Assembly: GCA_002104945.1 (NCBI GenBank)
Contig: MCFH01000029.1
Span: forward strand, 124,001-188,000
Length of the DNA stretch: 64,000 nt
Origin: Piromyces finnis finn
Lineage: Eukaryota > Fungi > Neocallimastigomycota
Direction: 5' to 3'
Of this stretch, positions 26,601 to 39,330 are shown piece by piece. Each line of letters begins with the position of its first letter. Positions within the stretch are counted from its first letter, which is position 1. Position numbers and translations under genes: made by a program. The notes below the pieces were generated by a model. That model worked only from the letters and a program-made list of their open reading frames with translations. It was not told the DNA's origin and did not search any database.

Positions 26601-28106
26601 TCATCCAACGATAAAAAGTCAAACAAGGAATCAATGTCCCTTTTACAGAAAAAGTTTGTTGAATTGGGTGTACGATGTCATTCTGTTATTTGTTGTCGTG
26701 CAACTCCATCTCAAAAAGCTAAAGTTGTTAATATTATCAAGACAAGTTTAAATAAAATGACTCTAGCCATTGGTGATGGTGCAAATGATGTTGCAATGAT
26801 TCAAAAGGCACATATTGGTATTGGTATTATTGGAAGAGAAGGAACACAAGCAATGCGTGCCAGTGATTATGCTATTTTAGAATTTAAATTTTTAAAAACT
26901 TTATTATGTATTCATGGTAGATATTCTTTTCTTAGAGTATCAAAAATGGTTTATCATTCATTTTATAAAAATTTCGTTTTATCTTTAATTCAATTTTTAT
27001 ATATGACAGTATCTTATTGGAGTGGATCTGTAAGTATCCTTACTAATATGTAAACTTTAAAATATCCATATATCAATATTGGTAGAGCTAATAAATCTAT
27101 ATTCCTTTATTTTTACTACTATTACCATAAACAGCTCGCGTATGAGTCTTATTTTAGAATGTCTTTTAATACTTTTTATACATCTGTATTTATATATATA
27201 TTATCTTGTTCAGATAAAGATGTCAGTTCAAAAACAATTAATGAAAATCCTGAATTGTATAAACAAATAATTAATAAAAAAAAAGGTTATTGGACTTCAA
27301 TAAAAACATTAGGTTGGTTAGCGGATGGAGTATGGCATTCATTTTGTATGTATTAGAGAAAAATTCATAAAAATAAGAATAATATTTAATAAAGATACTA
27401 ATTCTATTTTCATATACGACAGCTTGTTTTATCGGTACATATTTACTTTATTCTGATATTACTCTTAAAAATGATGAAATTGTCACTACAAGTTATGTAG
27501 GAATATGTTACTTTTTTGGAAATATTTTACTTTTTGTTACAATGATTAAAAATTTCTTAATTACTAGTTCATTTAATTACTTTTCATTATTTGGAATTAT
27601 TTTCACTTTCACCTTTTATTTATTTGATAAATATATTGTTGATTTTCACATCAATAAAGATTATTTAATTACACCAGAATATCGAACAATATCATTTTAC
27701 TTATCGTCATTATTAATTGTTATCACAAGTCTTTTACCAGATCTTGCTATTTTATAGTAAGTATAATTTTATAATAATAATAATAATAATTACTCTATGG
27801 ACTACGAAATTAATCGCTTTTATTTTTTTTAATAGCATCAAAGAAATATTTTACCCTTCAGACAACACAATTTTCCAAGAAATTGAATACTTAGAAAAAC
27901 AAAAATTAAAAAAACAGAAAAAAAGCAAAAAAATTTCAGACTTTAATTATTCTAATAATCTATTAAAATCTAATAATTCTAAGGAAAAAATACTATCAAA
28001 TGAACACACTCAAAATAATAATCTATATTCTGACAGTAAAAATGAAGACAATTATAACAATAATTTATTAAATCAGTTAGAATATGAAGATTATAAAAAT
28101 GTTTAA
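22372..28106 (+). CDS. P4-type ATPase (phospholipid flippase), multi-exon
   Basis: NYVKTTKYTLFTFLP; ETSDLDGETNLK; LVPISIFVTLE; YIFSDKTGTLTQN (phosphorylation site); YESQSPDEVAL; FSSDRKRMS; CKGAD; GVTAIEDQLQD; VICCRATPSQKA; LAIGDGANDVAMIQKAHIGIGIIGREGTQA; SDYAI..F..L..LLCIHGRYSF. Confidence 0.95.
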
Positions 28107-28207
28107 ATAATAATATTTTTTAAAAATTAATAAAATATATATCTTAAAATATAACAATTTTCAATTTCATTTTTTATACATTATAAAGAAATTTATATAG
28201 TAATTAT

Positions 28208-28284
28208 TCAGCAAAGTAGACATTCAACATGGATTATGGGTTTGTACGACCCTTTCTGTCCGCCCGTCTACATATTTTCATCAT
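28208..28284 (-). ncRNA. snR70: Box C/D snoRNA, snR70/U43(SNORD43)-like, guide for 18S Cm1639-equivalent
   Basis: Minus strand: box C ATGATGA (28284-28278), guide GACGGGCGG complementary to conserved 18S CCGCCCGUC, D' CAGA with the +5 base pairing to the C of ACCGCmCCGUC, box D CTGA (28211-28208), flanking GTAAT/ATTAC stem. Confidence 0.85.
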
Positions 28285-28374
28285 TAGATTACTTTTATAA
28301 TTTCTTTATTTTATAATTATATTAAATTATTAATAAAATAAAATCATTATTTTATTAAGAAGATAATATAACTT

Positions 28375-28469
28375 TTAATTGATCAGACAAGGCTGAAACT
28401 TATATAAAGACTTTCGTCGACATAGGGTGTTCCGAAAGTAAATAAGGTCAACTTTTCCTCACATCAATT
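28375..28469 (-). ncRNA. snR41: Box C/D snoRNA, snR41-like, guide for 18S Gm1126-equivalent
   Basis: Minus strand: terminal stem AATTGA/TCAATT, box C variant GTGAGGA, 15-nt guide TAAGTTTCAGCCTTG perfectly complementary to 18S CAAGGCUGAAACUUA, one base, then box D CTGA. The +5 rule selects the first G of CAAGG. Confidence 0.85.
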
Positions 28470-28620
28470 TTTTTAAATTTATAATTCAAACAACGATATT
28501 TAAAATTCTTAAACACCGTAATTAAATTATAACTTTTTTCTTTATTTTATTTTTTTTTTTTGAAGAAAGATAAAGTTGAAAATTCAATTTTTTTATTCTT
28601 ATACAGCTTAAAATTATAAT

Positions 28621-28666
28621 AACCAATCATATAAATATGTTAATAATTACAATATTATGATTGGTC
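28621..28666. promoter_or_regulatory. Two CCAAT boxes upstream of the snoRNA pair
   Basis: AACCAATCA at 28621-28629 and TGATTGGTC at 28658-28666, 150-200 bp 5' of the snR41-like gene. Confidence 0.4.
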
Positions 28667-29069
28667 ATTAATAATTACTTTTGTATATTACGAAATATGA
28701 TGATAATATGAAATATTTGAAGCATTGGAACATTTAAAAAATTTAAATATCTGTCGATATATGAATTTGTATTTATTTTTTTTTATTTTTAATGATATGA
28801 ATTAATTTTTTAAAGTTTTTATGGGTTAAATATGTAAAAGTTATTTATGAGAGTTAATAATAGAATAATAATTAAGGTTTAATTATTTATTAAAAAAAAT
28901 TATAGTTTAAAAAATTCGTTACTATATGTTCAATTTTCTATGAAATTAATTATGAAGATAGAATAAAAAAATATAATAAAAATATTTAAATCAAAATAAT
29001 AACATTACTACTTTATATAAATATCTATATATATTTAATTTTTTTTAAAAAATGTAATATATTTTATGA

Positions 29070-29688
29070 TCATAATAATGAAGTATTTGGTGATGGAATA
29101 AAAACTGGTTGTGGTATCATAATTTCACCTGCAGGATCAATGACACTAAAAGACATTTCAGCATTATTCATGTTGCTAGGGGTGTTTTCTATAAATGATA
29201 ATTCATCATCTGAAGATGATTGGGAAGGACTACTATTATAGTTGTTAAGTAATTTATGCTCTACAGTAGTTTGACTGTTTAAAGAATTATGATGACTCAT
29301 ACAATTGAAAATTGATATTGAATTATTATTATTCTCATCAAAAGTCATTGCGTTAGTATTATTAGTGTTATTTGTCTTTGAATAGAAAATAGAAGCTTCC
29401 GTACGACTATTATTTAAATTTTCTTCATATAATGTTGTTCCTTTATAAATATTCTTTTCCTTTTCTCTAGTCTTCTTTCTACTAAAGTGTGAGATGAAGC
29501 AGACAATAATTAATATAAATATAAGAAGACAAATTATTGATAAAGTCATAATTAAAACAGCAAATGATCTTTTACTTTTTTTTGTATTTTCAATATGTCC
29601 ATTTGTATTTGTAATATTACTTTCATTATTTAAATTATTATTATTATTACTGTCATTACTATTGCTACTATTTATATTATCATCATTA

Positions 29689-29720
<32 letters not shown>

Positions 29721-30833
29721 GTTGTTGTTGTTATTTAATTTTTGATGTGCTGCATTTCTATCTTCTTGGGCATCGTCTAATATTTAAAAAATATATATTT
29801 TTTAAAGAAATGAAAATTAATTTAAAATTTAAAAATATTATAAGTATTTGTTATTTTATTATTTAATTATTTGAAAAATATTTTTTAACTTACTTTGACA
29901 TTGTCCAATTTTGATGTTTTTGTCAGAATTTGAAAAGCATTGTATTGAACTCTTTCTTGGGGTGCAAATGTTATTTGGTAAAATACAATCTTTTATTGTG
30001 CTTACACTATCCCATTCAACAGGAATAGAATCATTTATTTGATTATTTCCACTAAATATACTATATATATATTTTTTTAAAGAAAAATGTATTATTAATA
30101 TTAAAATTTTATTTTTTATTTTATTAAAAAAATTTCTTTACATACATAGTTTCGATATTTTGTGGAAGATATGTTGGTAAATATCCTGATAATTTATTAT
30201 TTTGAATACGCCTATAATAATATAATAATATTTATTAGAATATTATTATATATATTATTTCATAATCACATTACTAAATATATAACTTACAATTGTTTTA
30301 AATTTGGAAATATATCTCTCAAGTCTCCTTTTATTTCGCCTTTTAATTGATTATTATATAAGTGTAATACTTCTAAATTATCTAGCTTTTTAAATAATTC
30401 CCAAGGAATGTCCGTTGCTATATTTTTTTCTTTTAATATACTATTATAAAATTTTCATTAAAAATTTTTGAATTAAATATTTTATACCTTTAAAAATTAT
30501 TATACTTTTAATAACACAGTACAAATAAATATTTTATGTTACATACATTGAATTTATTCTTGTATTAGTAGAATCACATATCCAATCAGTTGTGGCATAA
30601 TTACCGTTAGAAGCAGCAAGACGGGCATGATAATCACAACAATTTGCATTTTCATCTTTTGCAAAAGGTGGAAGATTTAGATTAAAATGTTTATATATTT
30701 CAATTAGGGTTTGACAATCTTGTTTAGTTTGTGAATTAACATTATTGTAATTATTTTGGGGAAGAGATTTACAAAAGGATAGATATCCTAATCCAAAAAA
30801 TAGTATTTTACCTTTATTTATTGAAAAAAACAT
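29070..30833 (-). CDS. LRR receptor-like membrane protein (signal peptide, Cys-rich cap, plant-type LRRs, Asn-rich stalk, TM, short tail; no kinase)
   Basis: Spliced exons: MFFSINKGKILFFGLGYLSFCKS; DCQTL...NCCDY...WICDSTNTRINS; IPWELFKKLDNLEVLHLYNNQLKGEI; RIQNNKLSGYLP; YISGNNQINDSIPVEW...CILPNNIC...C...C; poly-Asn; TM FAVLIMTLSIICLLIFILIIVCFI followed by SRKK; C-terminal IMIPQPVFIPSPNTSLL. Confidence 0.8.
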
Positions 30834-33191
30834 TTCTTTTTATATATATCTATTTCTATTTCTATCTATTTCTACTTAATTTTATTTTTATATACTGATT
30901 TAATTAGAGAAAAAAGGTTGTAGTATAGATTATAGTAAAATGAATATTTCTTTATTATATTCAAAACTATTTTTATAAAATTAATAAAAATATTTAACTA
31001 TATTTATTGATTCTATTGAAATAATATTTGTTTATTTTATTACATTGAATTAATATTTTACTCCTAATAAATTATTGAATTATTTTTAGGTATTCAAAAT
31101 TTTATTTAAATTGAAACTCTTTTTTTTTTTTTTTTCCACTACAAAATTAATGACTATTTATTTGTAATTGAATTGAAAAATACTTTCTCTATTATATTTA
31201 ACTATGTTAATAATATTGTAAAATTTACTGATTTTTTTTAACTTTGAATGAATTTAATAATTACTTTATTCTAGTCTATTTTTATTTTATTAATTTTTGT
31301 TTCTTTTTTTTTATTTATAGATTTCTTTTTTAAAATATTTAATAATAAAATATTTTATTATAAATAATTTTTATTTATTAATATTTTTTTATAATATATA
31401 TTTTAATAAAAAAATTATTAAAATAATAATAATAACAATAAAAAACCAAAATTATTATAATAATAATTATAATAAATATGATTTTTACTAGTTTTTCAAA
31501 AAAAAAAAAAAAAAAAAAGAAAAAAAGAAAACAAAAAAATATTTTTTTTTAATATTTATTTAATATTTAATAATAGTTTTGATCTAGGTTTGACTACATT
31601 CATTTGTTTTAATAAAAATTCCATACTAATGATTAAAATATTATTATTCAATTAAATTTTAATATACAAGCAATTTACAAGAACCAATTTTCAAAAGAGA
31701 GAATTAAACTTTAAATAAGTAAAATGCTAAAAAAAATTAAAACATTAATACATCTTTTACCAGTCGTCTTTGTTTGACCACACTCCAGAATAATGGCATC
31801 AATTATATTAACATACAAATGAAATGAAATTAAAGGATTATTCAAAAAATTAAAAAAAAAATAAACAATAAATTAATCCTAATCATATTTAATTTACTAG
31901 TCATTAATTATTGAAATTTTTTAATATAAAACAATATATAAAATTTAATATTAAATATTAGAATTGAAAACAAAAATTATATTAATTTAATATTGAAAAA
32001 GTATAATGATTTTAAGGGTAAATAAATAAATATCATTGGCTGAATGTATCACATCGTCAAATAATAATAATTTTAATTTTTATTATTTTGTATTTCGTGT
32101 AACACTAAAAAATAAAAAATTATATTAAAAAAAATAAAACTCTGATGATGTTTGAATACTATATAATAAAGTTTATTTATTAATATTATAAATTAATTAA
32201 ATAATATAATATACTATTTTATATTATTATATATATTAAATAATAATTAATTAATTTAATTGTAGTTAATAATGAATGTGAAGGGTTAATAAAATATTAC
32301 TTTGCCTTTCAATGTGATATTTAATAATAATAATAATGTATTATTATATTATACTAAAACACAGTCTTTAACTTTTTAGTTATCACATTTTGTACATAAT
32401 ATCGTTCTATATATTATATGATATATGATAATAATATGGTAATAATAGTATTAATATTTTAATATAAAAACACAACAAAAAAATAATACATTTGATTAAT
32501 CAACTTTTCTATTTAATCTAAACCATGAATCTTTTATTGGAGCCATATGATGTTATTTTTTTTTAAAACAAAAGTAAAGATAAGTATATTTAATATCATT
32601 TCGCTTTTAAATTTATTCATTTTTAAATTTTTCATTTTTCAAGTAGTATTTGAAAGTAAAGTAAAAATAGTTTTTTAAAAATTTCTTTAATTTTATCTTT
32701 AAAATCAAGTAAATTACATAGTTTTTTTTATAGACTTTTGAAAATTAAAAAACAATATTATATATTATTATTTATATATAAATGCTTTTTTTTTTCTTTT
32801 TTAGTTGAATAAAAAAATAGACTAGAATGTCATAAATTAATTTTTAAATTTGAAAAATAAAACATAAGCTAGAAAAAGATATTTTATTTATTTTATTATT
32901 TTGATCAAGGTTAATTAAAAAAAAACTATTTTATTAGTTAGGGGTGAATAAACATATAGATTTTTAAAAGTTTTATATATTTAAGAAAGATGAATGAATA
33001 TAAGAAAATTATTAGAAAAGATATTTCATTTCTTTTAGTTTATAATATATTTAAAAAAATAAAATATATTATATTAAAATAACATTATTATTTTTCAAGG
33101 AATAATAATATTATTCGTAAAGTTTTTATTTATTTTTTATTGAAAAAAAAAAAAAGATAATACATTGATTGAGTTAGTAAACAAACAAAAA

Positions 33192-33214
33192 AAATAAATA
33201 AATAAATAAATAAA

Positions 33215-33283
<69 letters not shown>
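33192..33283 (+). repeat. Compound tetranucleotide microsatellite (AAAT)n(AACT)9(AAAT)n
   Basis: Read directly. Confidence 0.95.
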
Positions 33284-33285
<2 letters not shown>

Positions 33286-34059
33286 AAATTTTAATAATTA
33301 AATATCATTTTTTATAAAATAATAAATAAATAAATTAAATAAATGTTATTTAGGAACGCCATCACCATTTGATAATATTTAATATTAGGAAAGAAAAAAA
33401 AAGAATTTACTATTAATTTTATTTTTAATGGCAAGAATTAATTAATTATAAAATTGTTATACGTTACATATATTTTATGTATAAATAATTATATAAAATT
33501 GTGTGATTTTGTAATTTGTAATATATTTAATTAATAATAATTTTTTGATAGTTTATATATTGATTAAATTTAAATAATTAATTTTTTTTTATTAAATTAA
33601 ATTTTATAATAAATTTAAGAAAGAAAAAAAGGGTTTTTTTTTTTTTTTTTTTTACTTTGCTTCATTAATTAAAGAAAACAAACTAACTGAAGTAAATTAT
33701 TAAATAGGATAATCGATTATCAATATATTATTGAATTGTAAGCAAATGAATTTATTTATATACTTTATATAATAATATGTTATAATAGTAATATTTTAAA
33801 GATAAATTAATAATAATCTATCCAATTTATTACATTTGATTTAATATATAACATCCATTTTTGTTTATATTATGTAAATATATATATATATATATATATA
33901 TACTAGTAAATAAAGTAAAGTTTATTATACCTATTTATTTTATTTCTATTTTTTAAGTTGCATTACACTAAAATATACCAAAAATAATAAAACCACATTT
34001 AAAACTTTCAATAAATCAAAACAATCTTTATAAAAAGTAAAAATAAAATAAAAATTAAA

Positions 34060-36251
34060 ATGTCTGGATTACAAAAAACTGTAAGTTTTTTTTTTCTTTT
34101 TTGAAATTGATTTAATTAATCTCATTGTGTATTGCGCTTTTATTTTATTATTTAATATTGTTTGAAATTATTTTTTAATAATACTTAAAAGTATAAAAAT
34201 AAAAATTAAATTAATATTATAAATGTAACAATTTCATATACATTATAATAAATATTTATATTTATTAGCTTGCTCCTTGTGAATACAAGACTGGTAAAAT
34301 TTTAGGTCAAGGTAGTTATGCTATTGTCAAGGAAGCTATTCATGTAAATTTATTTATTATTATTTTTTTTTCCGTTATAATATATGAAACATAAAATATA
34401 TATAAAATTTTAATTTATTGAACTAAGTTATTAATGAGAATGATTTTCTATGTATATATTTTTAATGATGTAATATTTTTATCTCGAAAATTTGTATACT
34501 TTATTTATAACAATAATAATAAAGACCAAAACTGGAAAGACTTATGCCGTTAAAGTTATTAACAAGAAATTAATGCGTGGTAAAGAATTTATGATTCTTA
34601 ATGAAATTGAAATTCTTAAGCGTGTTTCCAAGGGTCATCCAAATATCACTACTTTATATGATTATTTTGAAACTCCAAACAACCGTACGAAATACTCTTT
34701 AAATAATATAATATAAATAGTGTATTAAAATATAAAATATTTTATCTAATGATTTCTTTATATTTTTTAAATAATAGTTTATCTTGTTATGGATTTGTAA
34801 GCAAAAAATTTAAAACTATAATTAAACATTATAAAGTAAGTTGATTATTAATTTTTTTTTTTTACAATAACTTATTATAAATAGATGTACTGGTGGTGAA
34901 CTTTTTGATCGTATTTACAACCGTGGACACTACTATGAAGCTGATGCTGCTGATATCGTTCGTACCGTTTGTAGTGCTGTAGCTTATCTTCACGATAAGA
35001 ATATTGTTCATAGAGATATTAAGGTAAAGTATTAAAATTTATAAGTTATTTTTAAATATTAATATATATGAAGTGGGTAGTGTGTGAAGAGTTTATTAAT
35101 AATAATTTTAAAAAATTTATTAGGCTGAAAACATGCTTTTTAAGAGCAAAGAAGAAAATGCACCATTATTAATTGCTGATTTCGGTTTATCAAAAATAAT
35201 TGATAATCAAATTAATGTTTTGATGACTACTTGTGGTACTCCAGGATATATGGCTCCTGGTTAGTAATCATATATAATTATTGATTTTTAATGTATTAAC
35301 AACATTACAACATCTTAAATTATTAAAATAATAATCCATTTTGTTCAATATATAATTATAGAGGTTATTGCTAGAACTGGTCATGGTAAGCCAGTTGATA
35401 TGTGGTCTATTGGTGTCTTAACTTACTTCTTGTAAGTAATCAATAATGTATAAATAATTTATAAAAGTATTATTAATTTTATTTTTATATATTTTTTTTA
35501 ATAATATATTGTATATGATTATTATTTCTATTTTTTTATTGCTTTCGATAGATTATGTGGTTATACACCATTTGATGGTCAAAGAATGGATGAAGAAGTT
35601 AAAAATATTTTAGCTGGTAATTACAAATTTGAACCAGTTCAATATTGGTTTGCTGTTTCTGAAACTGGTAAATAATTTTGAAAATTTCTATCGATGTTTT
35701 TTTTATCCATTATTTTTGCTAATAATGATTTTATTATAAAATATTATAAAATAAAAAAAAAAAATAAACAATTCTTTTCTTACACTATATGTGTATATTA
35801 TATTTCTTAATTTAATTTTCAATAAACAGCAAGAGATTTCATTAGAAAATTATTAGTTGTTAACCCAACTCTTCGTATGACTGCCAAACAAGCTTTACAA
35901 CATCCATGGCTTCAACCATCTCAAATGAATGTTCGTTCCGTTGATCCACCACAAAACTTAATGCCAATTATTAAGAGTAACTTTGATGCTAAGCGTAAGT
36001 GGAAGAAGGCTATGGAGTCTGTTCTTTTCACTCAACGTATGAAAATTGCAGCTGCTACTTCTGAAGCTATGAAGGCTGCTGCTGATGAAGAAATTAATGG
36101 TGAAACTGTTGTCGGTTCCGCTTATGTTCGTAATGATAAGGGTATTGATTCTTCTGATAATATTGATAAGTTAGAAAAGTATAACAGTACTGATTTCAAT
36201 GAATTAGAAAATGGTGAAAAAACTGATAATGCCGTTGAAAAGAACAATTAA
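34060..36251 (+). CDS. CMK1: Calcium/calmodulin-dependent protein kinase (CaMKI/Cmk family), multi-exon
   Basis: [10 protein letters not shown]; YAVKVI; [16 protein letters not shown]; GGELFDRI; HRDIKAEN; IADFGLSK; [12 protein letters not shown]; DMWSIGV; [12 protein letters not shown]; calmodulin-binding [14 protein letters not shown]. Confidence 0.93.
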
Positions 36252-39200
36252 ATTGAATAATTATTATATATTTATATTTATAAATATAATATCATTTAAA
36301 ATAATGATACAAGGTGAATAAAAAAAAAATTTTTTTTTCTATTATTTACACTAGCAAAGTAATTATTTATTATAAAAAAAAATAAAATATTTTTAATTTT
36401 TCTTAATACTTCAACATAACAGCACAATATATATATATATATTATATTTTATTGAATATAATGAAATATTTAAATAACAACTATCCTTTTTTTTTTTTTT
36501 TTTTCATTATTTAATTTTAATAATTTAAAATAAATAAGCATGACCTTTCAATTCGAAAAAATAAAAAATAAAAAACAAAAAACAAACATTATATATTTAA
36601 ATTTTACAACAAGAGTAATAGTAATATAAAAATAAAACAAAACAAACAAACAAAAAAAATACCAACAAAACATAACAATAACAATAAAAAAAAGTAAATT
36701 ATAAAATAAAAAATAAAAAATAAAAAATAAAAAAAAAGAAATAAAAAAAAAAAAAGAAATAATAAAAAAAGAAATATAAGAAAAAATATTTTTATTTTCA
36801 TTTTTTCCTTTTCTTTTTCTTTCATTTTTATTCGTTTGATACATTATTATTATTTTGATGCTTCTATACCGTTGATTTATATAATTTGTGAGTTTTTTTT
36901 TTTTTTTTTTTTTTTTTAATTTTATATATAACCATCTATTAAGTAGTTATTTTATAACATTTTTATGTAGCTATTATTAGTAGTAATACAATAAAGGAAT
37001 TATTAAGTATTCAATATTTCAATATAAATAATAAATTTATTAAAAACTAAAAAAAAAAAAAAAAACTATATTGGAAATACAATTATTTAACAATGTAGCA
37101 TACACTGAATGATGATATATACAACATTGTATTTATGAAATAATTATATATTTTATTTATTATTAAAAAGATTAAATGAAAAATAATATTTATAATTTAT
37201 GATTTTACAAAAAGAATATTTATATACTTTGACAAAAGCAATATAAATAAAAAAAAATATATTTAATGGGCTGGTATTGTACATTATTTCTTTTCTTCTC
37301 CTATTTCATTATTATAGGGTATATATTAATTATTTTTATATTCTATGGAGGTCTATTGTTACATAAAAAAAAAAAAAAAAACAATAAACCCCTTATTGAT
37401 GATGAAAAATCTTATTTGTACATCTATACACATGATGATGAATAATTATATAAGACTTTATTTCAATATTTAAATATAATTCAATCTTATAAACAAAAAC
37501 AATTAATGTTATGATTTTAATAATAAGCGGTGATACTACCTATTAAAAGATAAATATATTAATGATTTTAATTTTATTAGAGTAATTATTGTAAAAGTTA
37601 ATAGAAAGAACGGATAAAAAAAGTGAAAAATATTATATACCCAAAAAAATATAATATTAACATTAAAATTCTTGTCTATTATATATTTCATTTCCTTATT
37701 TTAATATAAAAAGTAATAGAGAAAAATTTGTTGATTATTCATAATTTTATTATATGTGATAATATTAATGATTAAATTAAATTAATATAATAGTTTTTAA
37801 TAAATATATAAATATTTATTATTATCATCATTCTATAATTATCATTTAATAACATTGTTTATTAAACTATAATAAAATAAGGATAAAATCTAAATGAAAT
37901 AAAAGAAAAAAAAAAAAGAAATTTGAAAATAGGATAGATTGGTAAAGAAATAACATTATTTGGAATATATACATATATAAGAAAAAATATCTATTTTACT
38001 TTTAAAAACAATAAACTATTATTATTGTCATTATATTTTGTAAAAAAAAAAAAAAAAATAAAAAATAGATTATGTATATTGTATATTGTATATATATATA
38101 TATTTATCTATAAGAATATATAATGTTATTTTAATAATTATAATAACATTTTTTTTTTTTTTTTTTTTTTTTTGATAATAACTTGAGAAAATAATATTAT
38201 TATCTTCTTTTTAATATTATATTAATGTGTTATTATCATGGTTTGATTTATTTTGTAAAGTTTTTAAAATACTTTTTTTTTTTTTTTAAAATGAAAATTC
38301 ATAAAATGTTCATTATTTTGGCTCTATTCATTCATTTTCATTTCTAGTAAATTTCTTCTTCTTCTTCTTCTTCTTCTTTTAATTTAGGTATAAACTTTTT
38401 GGTTAAAATTTGGTTAAACTAATTCTCTTGTGTATTTTTTTTTTTTATTCTTCATTAAGGAATATGGCTAACTTTATACCTATATATTTTTTTTTTAATA
38501 TCAATAATAATAAGAATAACAAAAAATTAATTTAAAAAATTAATTTAAAAGGTTAATAACTTTGGATGGTAAAGGAATTTAATATATTATATTGTGTAAG
38601 AATTATTATTTTTTTTTTTTTATTAATTTTATATATTCTATAAAAGATTAAAGTATTTTTCAAAAATACTTTTTTTTTTTTTTAAAGGAAAACATGATTA
38701 AATTAGATATAATTATTTTAATAAAACCTATATAAACTTAAAACAAATAATAAAAAAAAAAAATAGTTTATAACAAAACTTATTATTCTATAGGCTAACA
38801 TATAAAATATTAACGAATATTTATACATTAGTAATAATCCTTTTTTTTTTTATAAAGCTAAACATTATTTATAATTATATATTATTATAAATAAATATTT
38901 TATTACTTTAAAAAGGAATAATTATTATTATTATTTTTTTTTTAAATAAAAATAAATAAATAAAAAAAAAAATTAAAATTTTAAAATTATTTTTTTTTTC
39001 TTTTCTTTTTCTTTTTTTTTTTTTTTTTGGTTTTAATTTAGTTAGAAAAATACGAATACTAGAAAATTAATGTATAAAATATATTGCTTTTTTTTTAACT
39101 ATATATTTTTTTTCTTTTAATTTAAAAAAAGTTTCAATGTGTATTGGGTGGTGGTGGGTAAAATTTATAATTTTTTTTCTTTAAAAAAAAGGAATTTTTT

Positions 39201-39330
39201 TTATCTTTATATTAATAAATATACAATAATAAAATTAAAAAATAATAGTTTTAAAATGTCGGTTTACCTTTTATATATATAAATATATATAGGTTATTTT
39301 TTTTTAAAGATAATTTCCACTTCCTCTTTT

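Noticed and set aside
28381-28466. Plus-strand long hairpin ending in ACA plus 3 nt, resembling an H/ACA snoRNA
   Set aside because: The plus strand contains 18S sense sequence (CAAGGCTGAAACTTA). The minus strand has C/D boxes, a terminal stem and a correctly spaced antisense guide, which explains it better.
36548-36844. Hydrophobic Phe/Ile-rich ORFs (also 13688..13879, 14208..14459, 18004..18228, 44928..45152)
   Set aside because: They are translations of poly-T or poly-A low-complexity DNA with no coding-like composition.
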